A stretch of 63,711 nucleotides of DNA, the filler included, from Collodictyon triciliatum (lineage: Eukaryota), in NCBI GenBank assembly GCA_043381765.1. It is 12 parts of 12 records of this genome, joined end to end, with 100 filler letters (N's around TTAATTAATTAA, not from the genome) between each part and the next. Parts side by side here need not be neighbours in the genome. Positions count along the whole stretch, not along the records: positions 37,251 to 42,463 come from JBHJMP010005379.1; positions 42,564 to 47,778 come from JBHJMP010005380.1; positions 47,879 to 53,092 come from JBHJMP010005381.1; 9 more parts are not named here. One strand, written 5' to 3'. The position numbers and the translations under genes are program-made. The stretch's first letter is position 1. Every line of letters begins with the position of its first letter. The notes under the pieces were generated by a model that did not search any database, had not been told where the DNA came from, and saw nothing but the letters and a program-made list of their open reading frames with translations. Positions 38,166 through 52,296 of this stretch are shown here, piece by piece.

Positions 38166-41100
38166 TTACTGGATTGAACATCTTGGATTCTTCTGCGCAC
38201 TCGTCATTTGCTTTTCTGCATCTTTGGTCTCGGAATGGTCTGCACCATATACATGACCATACACCTCCTTGGCCTTTTGGTACATGTCCACAGCATCTTG
38301 GTATTTCTTCTGTTTCATGAGTATAATACCAATATTATAGTATGTATCCCCAACATCACAGTATATTTCTCCAAACACCTTCAGTCGAATTTCAAGTGAT
38401 TTGTGGTAGTATTCAAGAGCTTTTTCATACCTATTACAGAAATTTAATGAAAGGATAAACATGCTACATAATCAAATAAAAGATACTTTCCGAGTTCGCG
38501 ATATACTTCTCCCATATTATAATATGACGTCGCAACATCAGGGTGTATTTCTCCAAACACTTTCGGCCGGATTTCCAGTGATTTGTGGTGTAATTCAAGA
38601 GCTTTTTCATACCTATAACAAAAATTTAATGAAAGGAAAAGCACAAATACATAGTCTAATAAATATGCTTTTCGAGGATATTGTAAACCATCCCGATGTT
38701 ATTATATGACATCGCAACATCAAGGTGCATTTCTCCAAACACTTTCAGTCGGATTTCCAGTGATTTGTGGTGTAATTACAGGGCTTTGTCATGTCCATTA
38801 TATAATTATTAATGAAGAGATAAACATGCTACATAATCAAATAAAAGATAGTTTCCAAGTCGAAGATATACTCCTCCAATATTATTATATGACGTAGCAA
38901 CATCAGGGTGTATCTCTCCAAACACTTTCACCTTAATTTCAAGTGATTTGTGGTAGTATTCAAGAGCTTTTTCATACCTATAACAAAAATTTAATGAAAG
39001 GAAACACATAAGTATTAGTCATCTGAATCATACTTTCCAAGGCTATAGCAAACGATTCCGATGTTATTGTATGAAGTAGCAACATCAGGGTGCATTTCTC
39101 CAAACACTTTCAGTCGGATTTCCAGTGATTTGTGATGTAATTCCAGGGCTTTGTCGTGTCTATTAAATAATTAGTTAATTAAATGAAAAGCATAAATAAA
39201 TAGTCAACTAAATCATACTTTCTGAGGCTATAGTAAACCAGCCCGATGTTATTATATGACGTGGCAACATCAGTATGTATTTCTCCAAATACTTTCTGTT
39301 TGATTTCCAGTGAGTTGTGGTAGTACTCTAGAGCTTTGTCATGCCTATTAAATAATAGGTTAATGAATGGATAAAAGAAAAACATAATCAAATATGTAAA
39401 TACTTTCCGAGCTCATCGCAAACAACTCCCAGATTATTATATGAAGTAGGAACATCAGGGTGGAGTTCTCCAAACACTTTCAGTCGATTTTCTAGTGATT
39501 TGTGATAGTACTCCAGAGCTTTGTCATATCTATTAAATAATAAGTTAATGAAAATAAAAAACATAAAAACATAGTAAAATAACATACTTGCCGAGATTCT
39601 TGTAAATCAACCCAAGGAAATTCAGATTATTGCCATTAGAACCTAATACAAATGAACCAATATTAGCAACACTCACAAATATACAAATCAACTGACCAAA
39701 CCTTCATCCGTCTCAACAGAAATGCGGTGCTCAAGAATCGGAATCAAAAAGGTATTCTCTTGGATTTGTCGAAAGTAATCAATCAATGCAGAGCCAGCAG
39801 GATTCAGTTGCTGTTGTACATGCCCATTAAGATAAATTCAATATTGATATATGTAATTGATTTTTATCACCTTAGCCAACTCACAATAGACAGCTTTGTG
39901 GTCATATCCGTTCTTATTCAGCTCTCTCCAGCATTCATAAAACTTGAAGCGATAGTTGCCATGCAGCATGCTCACAATAACCTAAAAACTAAATTACAAC
40001 ACATATCATAGTAATATAAATGAAACCCGCAATCAAACCTTTTCATTCTTCATAAAATCCACCAGTTTATCATATTCGCTCTAAATCCTCAGATTGTGGC
40101 ATATTTCGGCAACAACATTCTTGTCTTCAGTGTCAGAGCGGTATTCACCCAGCAGCCACAATCCATATTCACGTGCTTCACTTGTTGTGTATGCTTCATC
40201 CTTAAAGTATCGCCATTTGATGGATTGTGTAAGCAGCTGATGAGAGAACGCGTATCTAAGATTAAATATTGATATTAACAATTACGACCATTGAAAATTA
40301 TTGAATAACCGTATTGCCTCCCGTTCCTAACAAAGAGAGAATCCAGCAAGACAAAGAGAAATGATTTCCTAAAATAAAAAATACGATTTATCAAAAGTGA
40401 CACATATGTATCATATGACAGGAATCGATATACCAGGTTGCATGATTGATTTGCATGTGAGTTTGGTTAAGTCGATGCTCCATGTATTTGTCCAGCTCAT
40501 TTTCATCAAGACCGATGCGCGACACATAAAGGACACTGATGGACAGGCGAACAATATCTTTTCCTAAAATTGCATTTAGTCAATAAAATTATTGAAAGTA
40601 CCAATTTAGATGTATCACAAAACCGTATTTCTTTTCCCAGCGAGTCATCACAAGGTCGAACAAATCGACAACTCCCTTTGTCTCCAACATTTCACGAAGC
40701 TCGGTGTCTACTCTTTCATACACTCCAAACACACGAAGCTCATCCAGCACAATCCGCAGGTAGAGTGGATGACCTATTATCGTATTCACAATTAAATATA
40801 TATATATATACTAAAAATAAAATATAAAATATTCGAATCATTAATACTACTCACCGGTATCAGCGCGGTCAATCAGTATCATTTCCATCTGTTTCTCGTT
40901 CAAGGTCTTGTTGTAGCGCTTGAAGAACGAGGTAGTTGCTTGTTTGATTCCGACATCGTCAAGCTTCGACACAGAAATGACATCTAGCCCTGCTGACTTG
41001 GCAACCTATTCAAAAGCGATTGGATTAATTCAAGCATAGTATATCCTCGAAAAAATTAACAAACATCGCATGATTCGTGGGTGTCGATGGTTGATGCGAC

Positions 41101-42463
41101 AATGGATATGTTCATTGGTGTCTTTTTGGGAAGCCATTCAAGGCGGTGGACGTGCTTATTTTGCTCCGAATTGACCAACTGGTTGAATGCATCGATGACC
41201 AGAATAATCCGCTTTTTCCTGCATTGATTGACTTGTCAGATAGTATATATTTTAATTAAAAAAGAGATATTTGAAATCGACTCGTTTATTGATACAAGCT
41301 TGAGTATGTGGTCTAGTCCCTTCTTCAAAGCTTCCTTCCCTGCAATAAGGCATAGAAACAAAATGAGTGCTCATTTAAATTGTTGAATTAAAGCTATAAA
41401 AAATAGATAAAAATTAATTATCATTTGAAATATAAACCTTCTTCGGAATCAAGTTTCAGCTTGATTGCTTCATTTTCAACAAGAACGCGAGCTACACGCT
41501 CCACCAAACTATGACAAAAAGGTGATTTATACTTATATGACCAATTAAAATATTCCACGTTACTATATTATTCGATTATTCTTACTTTTCCACATAGTTA
41601 CTCAGGTTTGAGCATCCGACGAAGTGGTAGATGACTACTAGATTCAACTTTTTGCTCGCATTCAGGTCACGAACCAGTCCGCTCATAATCGTCGATTTGC
41701 CAATACCAGACTCTGCTCCAACAACGATGATATCAGAACCGTCATTATCGAGTTGCAACATCGCTCTGTTTTTCAAAATGGCCAAAATGGTGTTTCTTCC
41801 TTCCAATCCAATCAGTCGATGTCGCATAAACTGCTCATGCGCCATGTCCTCAGGATGCTTATACTACAAGGTTATTTTATTATAATTAGAGAGCCAAAAT
41901 ATCGTAAGTTATCTTAATATTGATAACACTTAAAATTTCTTTGAAAACAAACATCTTGGTCGGGAAAATCCTTGTCGATAGCTTCCATCAAGTCATCAAC
42001 CATCATCGAGACGAGCTGCTGGGGTGTCTTGTATGGCTTGACTTCAAAGACATTTCCAATTTTTTCTTTCAATTCATCCTGGTTTTCTCTCTGAAATCAA
42101 GGTTCATATGAGTTTTTATATTATTGAAGAATTATAAAGAGAAATGGTCCAAAATTCTTTATGCGTACATCCTTTTCATTAACCGGGCGATATAATGCAC
42201 GCTCTGCATCGGTTTCAGCAACGTGGTTGACTGCATGTTCTTCATCTCGGGAATAGAAGAGTGCACGTCGGGCAACAGGATTTTCTTTCAGAGCACCGTG
42301 AACAATCTATTTGACATGAATGATGTTAGAGACTGATAGTGATAAATACAAATATTCGACTACAAGTGGATATACAGTATAAATGAACCTCGTAGTCAGT
42401 CACACTGAGACCCCGAATCTCCTTGAGGTATGGAAACTTCAAGTCCGTGTCTGGATGCCATTC
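38166..42463 (-). CDS. DUF4062-like/NACHT/TPR protein (NPHP3/TEP1-type STAND NTPase), 5'-truncated
   Basis: GLSVTDYEIVHGAL...ALFYSRD; Walker A GAESGIGKST; VVIYHFVGCS; Walker B IILVIDAFNQL; LEWLP; HPLYLRIVLDELRVFG; then 42-aa TPR exons; ends PRCSIQ*. Confidence 0.9.
38487..39529 (-). repeat. Array of six 126-nt TPR exon cassettes, two of them splice-defective
   Basis: Cassettes 39404-39529, 39219-39344, 39034-39159, 38852-38977, 38669-38794 and 38487-38612, all phase 2, separated by 56-59-nt related introns. Confidence 0.9.
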
Positions 42464-42563
42464 NNNNNNNNNNNNNNNNNNNNNNNNNNNNNNNNNNNNN
42501 NNNNNNNTTAATTAATTAANNNNNNNNNNNNNNNNNNNNNNNNNNNNNNNNNNNNNNNNNNNN

Positions 42564-42605
<42 letters not shown>

Positions 42606-42717
42606 AAAAAACAAAAAAAAATCAAAAAAAATCAAAAAAATCAAAAAATCAAAAACAAAAAACAATTAAAAAGGCGCTGGAAAGAATTGTGACTCCGTAC
42701 GCATAAACAGCCACACA

Positions 42718-44791
42718 ATGCCGAAACCGCGCCCTCTTGATAGACGAACTGCATCAAAAACAGCCACCGATGGAGTTAAAACAGGTTTGTAGACACCTTT
42801 TTTTTTTTACTCTCATTTCTCTAAGTGAGTCGCCTTGACAAACTATAATTGTGTCCTGTATAACCTCATATTTGTCACATTTGCTTTATCTAGAGACAGA
42901 CCCTCGTTATCGACAACTGAAGCGATCGACGCCGACAAGGAAGGAGCTTCGAAAAATGAAAAAAGAAGAGATAAAAAATCGCCACAGGGCATACACAGAG
43001 GTTTTTCATAAAGTCAAATAAACTACATACAAAACATTCAATATAAAGCCTGACAAACAACAAACCTCTATTTTTATTTTATTTTTACGTTCTCAAAATC
43101 TATAGAAGCGTGCTTCTGCGAAAGTGTCTGAATCCAAACCACAACCTCGAAGGAATCCTTCTCAAAAGCCTACCAAAGGAAAGGATACGAGTAGTATAAA
43201 AAAGCAAGAGAAGAAAAAGGACAATAGACAAATTCATAGGCCAACACATCCAGGAAAGAGAGAGCCATTCATTCCAGACTCTATGAAGGAGACGAATTTT
43301 TATAAACTTCTAGTCGAACAAGGCCTAGTAAAGGCAGATGCTACCAACCAGGTAATTTTTTTATTAGAAAAGAGAAGATTTCATTTTAATGAAGCTTTGC
43401 TATATAAGTTAATTGAAAAATGAATACTAAAAAACACAAAAAATGTAATAGAATAAAATAGAATAGAATTAATTGAATATACAAGAAAATAAAGAAAAGA
43501 TTTAAAGCAGTTAATTTAGAACCTGGGCCATGCTTATACTGCCACTTCAATTCATCTTAGAGTGCAGATTTGAAAAAGGACATGGATGAAATCAAAAGAC
43601 TAGAAAAGAAATTAAGAATTAAAAGCAAAGATGAATGGGACACTGACTGTAAATCGAGTGGACTTAGTGGTAAGAAGTTTCTGTAAGATTAATGGTGGCA
43701 ATATTAAAATAATGTTCATATAACTCGCCTTAACGGTATTAAGTACATTTCCTTTCTCTTTATATATTTTTCATTTACCATTTTCACTATTAGATATCTT
43801 GAAGGGAATAAGTTCAGGAAAACCATCGGAATCAAACCCCAAACCAAGTATTCAAAAAGAAATGGTGGTCAAAAGAAAAGCATCAAAAAAACCTTCTAAG
43901 GAGTCAATTTATGGAGACCAGAAATGGTTCAAAGGCAGTTTAGAGGAATCAGAAAAGCATCCAAACGCTAATAAATCGGATGAGATGGGTGATAATGATG
44001 TTGATCTGTGGGGCCTTGATGACCTCGAGGCTGGATTCGAATTTGAAGATGCCGATGAAGATGAAGGGAAAATGAATGATGAAATTGAGGAGGATACCAG
44101 CTTTCAAGAAGGTGACATTAACAAATCAATTAATGATGAAGATGAAGGGAATGAAGAGGGAGGACAAGGCAACGATAATGGCACACAAGAAAATGAGGAC
44201 AAAAATGACGGCGAAGACGGCGAAGATTATGACGACGAATATGATGTAGGTGATGAAGATGATGAAGGTGATGAAGATGATGAAGATGATGAAGGTGATG
44301 AAGATGATGAAGATGATGAAGGTGATGAAGGTGATGAAGGTGATGAAGGTGATGAAGGTGATGAAGCTAACGGGAAAGTAATTTCATATGCACCTACACA
44401 AAGTATAATCATCGCACCCAATACAACAACGCCTAAAGATTCTGGGGCGAAGAGGGATACAGAAAAAACTTCTAAAACCCCCGACCCCACCAAACCATCC
44501 TCAACGGAGACGAAAAAGGTCGGAAAGTATATTCCGCCTCATCAAAGAAATGATGGAAAACTGGAAGCAGTACGGAGAAAGGTCCGTGGCTTGCTAAACA
44601 AGATATCCGAAGGAAATCTGGAGCCGGTTTTTAATGATATAAATCAATTCTACAATACTTTTTCGAGGCATGGTGAGAATAATCAAGCTAGATGTGTTCA
44701 CACGAGTCTCTTTCGCCTCGTGATACATATATGACATTCAATTTACAATTTTTTTTTATTGATATACTTAACTTACAAAATGATTGACAGC

Positions 44792-44869
<78 letters not shown>

Positions 44870-47343
44870 AGAGATGAATTCGATCGTTTTCGAAGAGGTT
44901 ATTCGCCTCATCACAGACATTCGACAAATGCTACCCAGTTTTGCTATGGTCATAGCCGCGCTCCTCTCTTTGATTCATTCGCATGTGGGTTCTGACGTTG
45001 GTAGGATTTATACTCATTGCTAATATTTTTATCCCTATTTTATGATTCATTTATACATTTATCAAAATACTCTATTATCTTTGTTAAATCTTGACTGATA
45101 GATATTCCAATAGAAATACACATATTTTCAATTTTCATACATCAATTCACAGGTGCTCAATATTTGGAATGGATGATACTAAAGTTGAAGGATTTACAAA
45201 GTGAACAATCAAAAGTTGCCCTCAACGTCGCCTTGATTCTCTCTCAAATGTGCAATCTTGAGGTGGATACCATAAAATAGTCAATTCTCCTTCCCATATG
45301 CACAATTTCATTTTATGTATATATGATGGTCAAAATCTCATATTCACATTCAAATTGTCTAATGTGTCTGTAATTTTCTGTTTTTTTTTTATTTCTGATA
45401 GATGGTTCAATCAAAGATTGTGTATAACGTTTTAAATGTTCTATCTGAGGGATTCACAGAATTAGATATTGAAATGATTCTGAGTATACTAAAAAGTACG
45501 CATTTACCAATTATTTTTTTTTTACTATGAAGTTCATGCACTTACTGTAGAAAAGAAGTGTAATTATTCACCTCTTTTTGATTGAAAACTATACGAGTAA
45601 TGATAAGAAAATCTGTAAAATGAATTATTTAAAATTAAAAATCACCATAATATCTATTTTTGGGGGGTTTTGAACTTAGATTGCGGTTTTCAACTAAGAG
45701 GAGACGATCCTGCTGCCCTTAAAGATATAATCATCATACTTCAAACAAAATCCAAAGACCTCAAATCGTCGTTGAATGAAAAAGAGTACGCATTATATGT
45801 CAATAATTTCGTTTAGTTATGGATATAGCCGTTACAATATAAATGATACTGATGTTTTAATATGAACTCCCTGTAGTGAACTTCATGGGCGCATCATCTT
45901 TATGCTGGATACCATCTATGAAATAAAAAACAATAAGCGCAAGAAAGATTCTGACTTTGACCTTCTGGTTCAGATTAAGAAATCGATGCGCCATATTGAG
46001 TCAAAATCCAAGGTGACAAGACCTATCCGACTCAGCATTTCGTGGGATGACATTATTTATGCGAACCAAAGAGGTCGGTTAATAATTAATTTCCTTACTC
46101 CATAATAATTATCGATTAATCTCTTATACGTATGTTATTTTGCTTTATTGTGCATATTAATTCAAAATAAAATAGAAATAAGGCGAAATAAAAAAAACTG
46201 TGCATACTCTAGATACAGCTTTAGTTCTAACCATTAATTTTACATATCTAGGGAGATGGTGGCTTGTTGGTTCAGCATGGGCTGGAAATATCGGACCCTT
46301 AGAAAAAAAAGTCGCTGTTACTGAAAAGAAGGAAGAAAGCAAGGAATTAGAGATGGCAGATGGTTTATTGAAACTTGCACGTGACCAAAGGATGAACACT
46401 GAAGTTAGGCGGAATATTTTTATCGTGATGATGGGTAGCGAGGTGATTATATTACAATTATGTAACATCTTTTCTGACTTTTTCTGACTTTTTCTGACTT
46501 TTTCTGACCTTCTATGTTATTAAAAAAATAATAATAATTGTGAACAATATTAGGACTACATGGATGCTTTTGAGAAGCTTGTGAAGCTGAATCTTACTGG
46601 TTCTCAAGAGAAGGAAATAATCCACGTTTTGATTGACAATTGCGCCCATGAAAAGCTGTATAATCCATTTTATGCACACCTCGGTTCGAAGCTATGTGAA
46701 TACCAGAGGGAATTGAGGTTCACGATCCAAACATCCATGTGGGACTACTATAAGAGACTGTCTTCCTTGAGCCCGAGGTCTGTTTACAACATAGCCCATC
46801 TCCTTGGCCATTTGGTGTCGTACGGTTCAATTCCCATCACAGTCATCAAAGTAAGTAGTTTTTTTTTTTTTTGCATAATTTTCTTGTGATAGATATCACA
46901 TATTGTAAGTGTATCTAAATTCATAAATGCCTATCTTGTCTCTCTGGTGTAATGGATCTTAATATTCCTGATCTTGTCTATCAAACCCAAACCAACTATC
47001 ACGATGATTGTAATAATAATGATAATGATATTTCATATGCAACCAACCAATATGAATTGTGGCCTTCAACTAGAATGCTGAGCTTGAAGCACCGTCTGCA
47101 GCCACGATTATCTTCTTCCGAACATTTTTCATCTACTTTTTTGCCTCTGCGAATGACATGCAAATTCCAATCACCTTTCAGAAGCTGCAAAAGAAGGAAC
47201 TTCAGTCGCTACAGCTCTCTGTCATCAGCTTCGTTCGAACGTACGTTATCTCCTCTCCTCCGCCAGAAAAATTCAAGATATCCCTCGATCAGCTGAAGGC
47301 CAGATGGACCATGGCCCGCAACGCTATGGGGGCTCCCTCGTGA
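42718..47343 (+). CDS. NOM1: Nucleolar MIF4G domain-containing protein 1 (Sgd1 ortholog)
   Basis: KYIPPHQR, VRRKVRGLLNKISEGNL, LRGDDPAALKDII, RIIFMLDTI, GRWWLVGSAWAG, LARDQRMNTEVRRNIF..GSEDYMDAFEKL, EKLYNPFY; acidic (D/E/G) repeat near 44250-44365. Confidence 0.93.
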
Positions 47344-48633
47344 GTTGGATAAAAGCGAGACCCAAAGTGGCAGTGTGTGGTTCTGCGTGCGTGGGGTTTA
47401 CAGCTCCAAGAAAGGAGAAAGGAGGGAGCCGTTGCCTAGCCTAAAAAAGGGAAAATATACGGTATTAAGGGTACCGGGTATATTTCAACTAAAACAAATC
47501 AAATAGGCAATCTTCTTGCGATTCAATCATCGATTACAATCACAGCCCGTTTTTGGAGATGATAAACGGAAAAAAAACAATAAACAAACAAAGAGAAAGA
47601 GAAAGATACTGAGGATTGACTGATATACGTCGATCACTACCGCGCAGGACAATTCGTTGATCCAGACACAGAGAAACCCACGTCCGTCACAGATCCTCAG
47701 AAAGCGTGCCGGGGATGATCAACCCGAGCATGTCACAACAAGAAACTGATATCTTTTGCAACCAGCCACAAAAAAAAANNNNNNNNNNNNNNNNNNNNNN
47801 NNNNNNNNNNNNNNNNNNNNNNTTAATTAATTAANNNNNNNNNNNNNNNNNNNNNNNNNNNNNNNNNNNNNNNNNNNNCCAAGTAGTAGATCGAAACAGT
47901 TCCCTTTCCCACGGATTTTGTCTTTTGTCCCTCTCATTTTCAACTGTATCTGAGTTTTGCCCATGACTTTAGTTTGAACATTTTCCGATTGAAGATGAAT
48001 AACTAATGCTTAGTATGATAGATTGAATAAAATAATGCGATTTTTCAGCTAGTCTATGAAGTTGTCAGATTGAAACATTTATCAAAACGAGACCTAAATT
48101 AAGAATGAAGTTTGATTGATAATCTGCTAAAAATTAGGCTTTACACACACGTACTTAAAATGTGCGTATTTGGTTTCTCTATCGTTGAAAATCAAACATG
48201 TGGCGAATTTTCTGTCATATAAATTTAAAATTTTTCGTTCTTTTCAATCATGAAGGGGATCAGAAGGGAAAATTAGACAAGAATCATACTTTTTCACTGT
48301 CAGAATCTTGGTCAATCTGGCCCAAAGATTGCACTATTGTTTGTAATGCCCTCAAAGTTTTAATTATGAGTTTCTTTAATTATTATAAAAATTAGATTAA
48401 TGGAACTTGAAGCCTTGAAATAAATAAATTTCCTTTCGATACTATGAATCGGCTTGATTAATTTACTGTATGACTTGTTTATTACCAAAAAATGAGAGCC
48501 CCAGAGTTCCTTGTACGATAAAATGGGTGATAGATGGGCCCTTTCTGAAATTTCATGCAGTGCTATGATAAATGGTTTATTTTTTGAGTTCATCCTGAGA
48601 AATAATCAAAATTTAAATAGTTGAAAATTTTGT

Positions 48634-48818
48634 CCTGGTCTCTCTTATCCAAGCACAAGACCCAGGCTACAGGCCAAACCACAGGATGCAATTCCTGAAT
48701 ACCGATTACTTCTATGCCACTTGGCAACCAAGTAGCGCCCATACAAACGATGGCTAGCGAACCAAAGCCAACATCCCCACTGTCCTGCACAAAATGGAAT
48801 GGAAGAATAAAAAAAAAG
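48634..48818 (+). mobile_element. 5'-truncated LINE 3' end with A-tail and degenerate 14-bp TSD
   Basis: Encodes LVSLIQAQDPGYRPNHRMQFLNTDYF, matching LVSLMQAQDPGYTPNRRIQFLITDYF at about 52400-52480(-). Flanks GTTGAAAATTTTGT (48620-48633) and GTCGAAAATATTGT (48819-48832). Confidence 0.75.
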
Positions 48819-51800
48819 GTCGAAAATATTGTATTAATCATATAGATATTTTTTGTATCAATGAAACCCCCTTTAATATCGTTGAAATTAACTCATGATT
48901 GATTTTTCCAATTTGGCTATTTTTAATTCATACATCATTCAATATCATTTACGCCTTATGAAATGTAAGGGTAAAAATTAACTAGGATAGCAAATTATCA
49001 GAATCTACCGTTTATTTGGAATCATAAAAATACCTGTAGAGATTTTCCAAATATGTGTCATACCTGAATCTGGTTGATTAAAGTATGATTTTGAGTTTCA
49101 AGGAGTCGAGTTGAATGGACGACGGTCTTCAAACTATAAGAATGGATAATTCATTATTTATGTTTCCAAAATTGAGTAATACTGTAGTTGCTAATTAAAA
49201 AATAAAGGTATATTTCTTCGGAGTCTGCAAAAATAATTTACAATATTCTTACCGGTTCCGCTAATGCCTATGCTGAAGAAGTTATGCTGGTTTGCCGGCT
49301 GCTATATGTTCTCTGTTAAATATTAGACATATATAAGTCAAGGACATTGGATTTGGAGTCGAATAGAATGAACGAATATAAAGGAATCTGATAGTAAAGG
49401 AGAGCAGGTAGTCGCGTGCACTTTCACCCCAGGGAGAATTTGGCCTCCGATCAAATTGAAGTCAGAGTACTTGGTAGTCGCACCTCTTGAAGGTTGCAAC
49501 TATTCTCGACTCTATCAATTGCATATTGATGAGCCACAAATCCAGATTCCATACGCTGCTGGCCTGAACCCCTTAACCGACTCAAGTCACTGCTTTCAAC
49601 CAAGATGCAACAACTACGGCGTCCTGTAAAATTTCTTAAACCCCCATCATTCACTTGTATCGAATAAAGGAAAATATGCATAAACGAGGGATTTATTTTT
49701 TCCACCAATAGGCGAATCCCATGAAAAAGGCCGAGTGGAGAAGATAAAAGCAAACAGATAAAAAAACCAACCTGAAAGCAAATCCAAGATCTAAGAGACG
49801 TTCTTAAAGTCTACATTTGAAAGATCTGCATCGAAGTGATCTTACTGTGGGCAGAGCAGCCAGAGATTCAATCGCCCCGAAGCTCCTAGAAAGCATCACA
49901 AACTGCATGAGATTGGAATAGAATTCACTTAAAATTCTTAGTAACAGCGAATTGACAAATCAGCTAAAGCTTCGATAAAAAAATTATAATAGAATCAAGG
50001 GTATTTCATATAGTGTGTATGCATGGCCAACAATGCTTTGCGACAGAAAGGCTCGGAAAGCCGGATAGTCCCAGCTCTCCTTGGCTCTCGTATATTTGTA
50101 ATGAGAAGGGCCCTAAACCCTTTGCAGGAAGGAGGAATAGTTGAATTTATTGTTATTTGGGTATGTAAATAAGTTTTCATGTGTTTTGAGTTTTGGTTTT
50201 TGGTCGGTTCGTGTGCAACATAACCCAGGGATTATGCTGGGCAAGACTAGAGCCAATCACATAAAGTTTTGCTGAAGGGACTCATCTTTGGCCCGTTCTT
50301 GTTTCTTTCATTATATATTTTTTTGCCAGCTTTTGATAGACTACCCCATTCTCGATAAAGTCTTCTGACATTCTGACATAGGTAAAAGACTTACTTAGGT
50401 GTAAACCTCCGCTTTTTTTAATAGAAAATAAAGGTATGTTTTCATGTTGTATTATTCAGTTTGCTTGACCTTATGTTGATCGGTGGTTTTTATTTGTGTT
50501 GTTTAGTTAAAAATAATTAGTGTCCAAGCAAAAGGGATTCAATATATCACTTGTGTTCTGCTGGTCTTTGGCTTTTGTTCTTGGCTCTTTATGTGGTTGT
50601 GTCGATATGTTTGTGCTGGTGTTGGTGGGAAAGTGCTTGTTGAGGGTGTGTATTTAATGTGTGCTTGTGATTCGAGTCTGAAGTTGCTCTAGCCGATTTG
50701 AAAAAGACTTGTTCGGAGGTTGGAGGAGAAAGACATAGGTATATTTAGTTTTCTTATTACAAATTTTAGTCGAGCAGAGAAATCCAAAGCAAAAAGCATA
50801 GCAAAAATGATGGACGGAGCAAATATGGAAAAAATGGGGCTAGTGTTTTGGTTAACTGAATAAGTGGGTTAGTGATTGTATTCAAAATAAATATAGCTAG
50901 GAATATATATGATATCCAATACTGCAACCCAATCCATCTCTTCCATCACACTATCAACTCTTGGTCGATTTTTTTTATTTGTAACGGCCTTTGAACAGAA
51001 GGAAGTATTGCAACCGCACATAATAAATTGTGTACCTATGGAAAGTACATTAACATTAACATCACATAATCATATACATATCAAGAAACAAAAGCACCAG
51101 AACATCGCATGGTATTAGTTGAAGAGAAAAGCACATTGTGCGCATCAAACAGCCCACATATCGACCTTATCCATTCAGATATCTGATGGAAAGGGATGCA
51201 GTCCGTGATCTAAAAAACCAGTAAGTCATAGCACTTTGATACATTCAACTGCTGATTGTTGCTCTTGAAAGCACTGCAGGCACATATCGCTATTGAAATC
51301 CAAAGTCTAGTTTGCTAGCTTGTTACTTCTTACTTCTTTTCCTTCTTTTTTTCAGTAGTTTATTGATCAAACACATCGCCAAAGATGAAAACAGTTTCTT
51401 TTTTATTCTATGTTTTTTTGAAAAGGCTGATATTTGATGCGGGCTTAAGTGACGCGCACCACCTTTCGAGTATCTTTACTGACACATTGTAGTGGCTTAC
51501 AAAACCCAACACAAAGCAAAAGGTTTATGCTATAACCTTACTTTTTTTTTACTTTACAAAAGGAATACATGATATTATTGGATATTCTGTAAAAATAATA
51601 ACTTATTAGATCACTGCTAGAAATCTCTTTTTTTGTAAGTTACTGATCTCACACTGTCGCTAAGGTCAATGTGGCTCATTAATTATTTTCCTTTTATATT
51701 TTGTTTAAAGAAAGTGTTTTATTATGATTCTACAGCCCACCCTAGTTGTTGCGCCTTGGTTGAAAGCACCAACGCGTTTTGGATTCATATGCAGGTCGGT

Positions 51801-52296
51801 GTAGTATAGAAACAAAATTCATGACTCATCTAAATATATATCTATTGTGGGTCGAGCTTCATACAATCCTTAAAAGCTGTAACTACCAAAGGCCTGAGTT
51901 GGATTCAATCCGAGGCCTAACTTCCGGCAAAGTCCAAATGACGCAGCTGATTTAAATCAGACAATTAATGCGCAACCAGTAGACGCAAGATGTGAAAGTC
52001 GCTAATCTCATTTAAAAAAAAGAACATTCAATTTGTATATAGTGCTATATTTGATTTTTTGTATTGTTATTTGATTGTATGCCTTTAGCCTGCGATAAAT
52101 ATATGTATCTAAACTGTGCTGACGCACTACAACCCATTTCCTGAGTAACCTCATTTCACCATTTGTTACAAAACTCTGTTTAAGTGCATCGTTCAAAGAA
52201 TCCATCGCGTTCGTATATTTATTTTTTCCACAAAGTCCAAGTCAAAGCCAATTTACTTTGCTTCTAAACCCATCTTACTGGGTCATTCTTTGCCAT

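Noticed and set aside
49440-49674. Possible further LINE 3' end (TCGAATAAAGG)
   Set aside because: Only an 11-nt match to the 20850 end, with no TSD or protein similarity that I could confirm.
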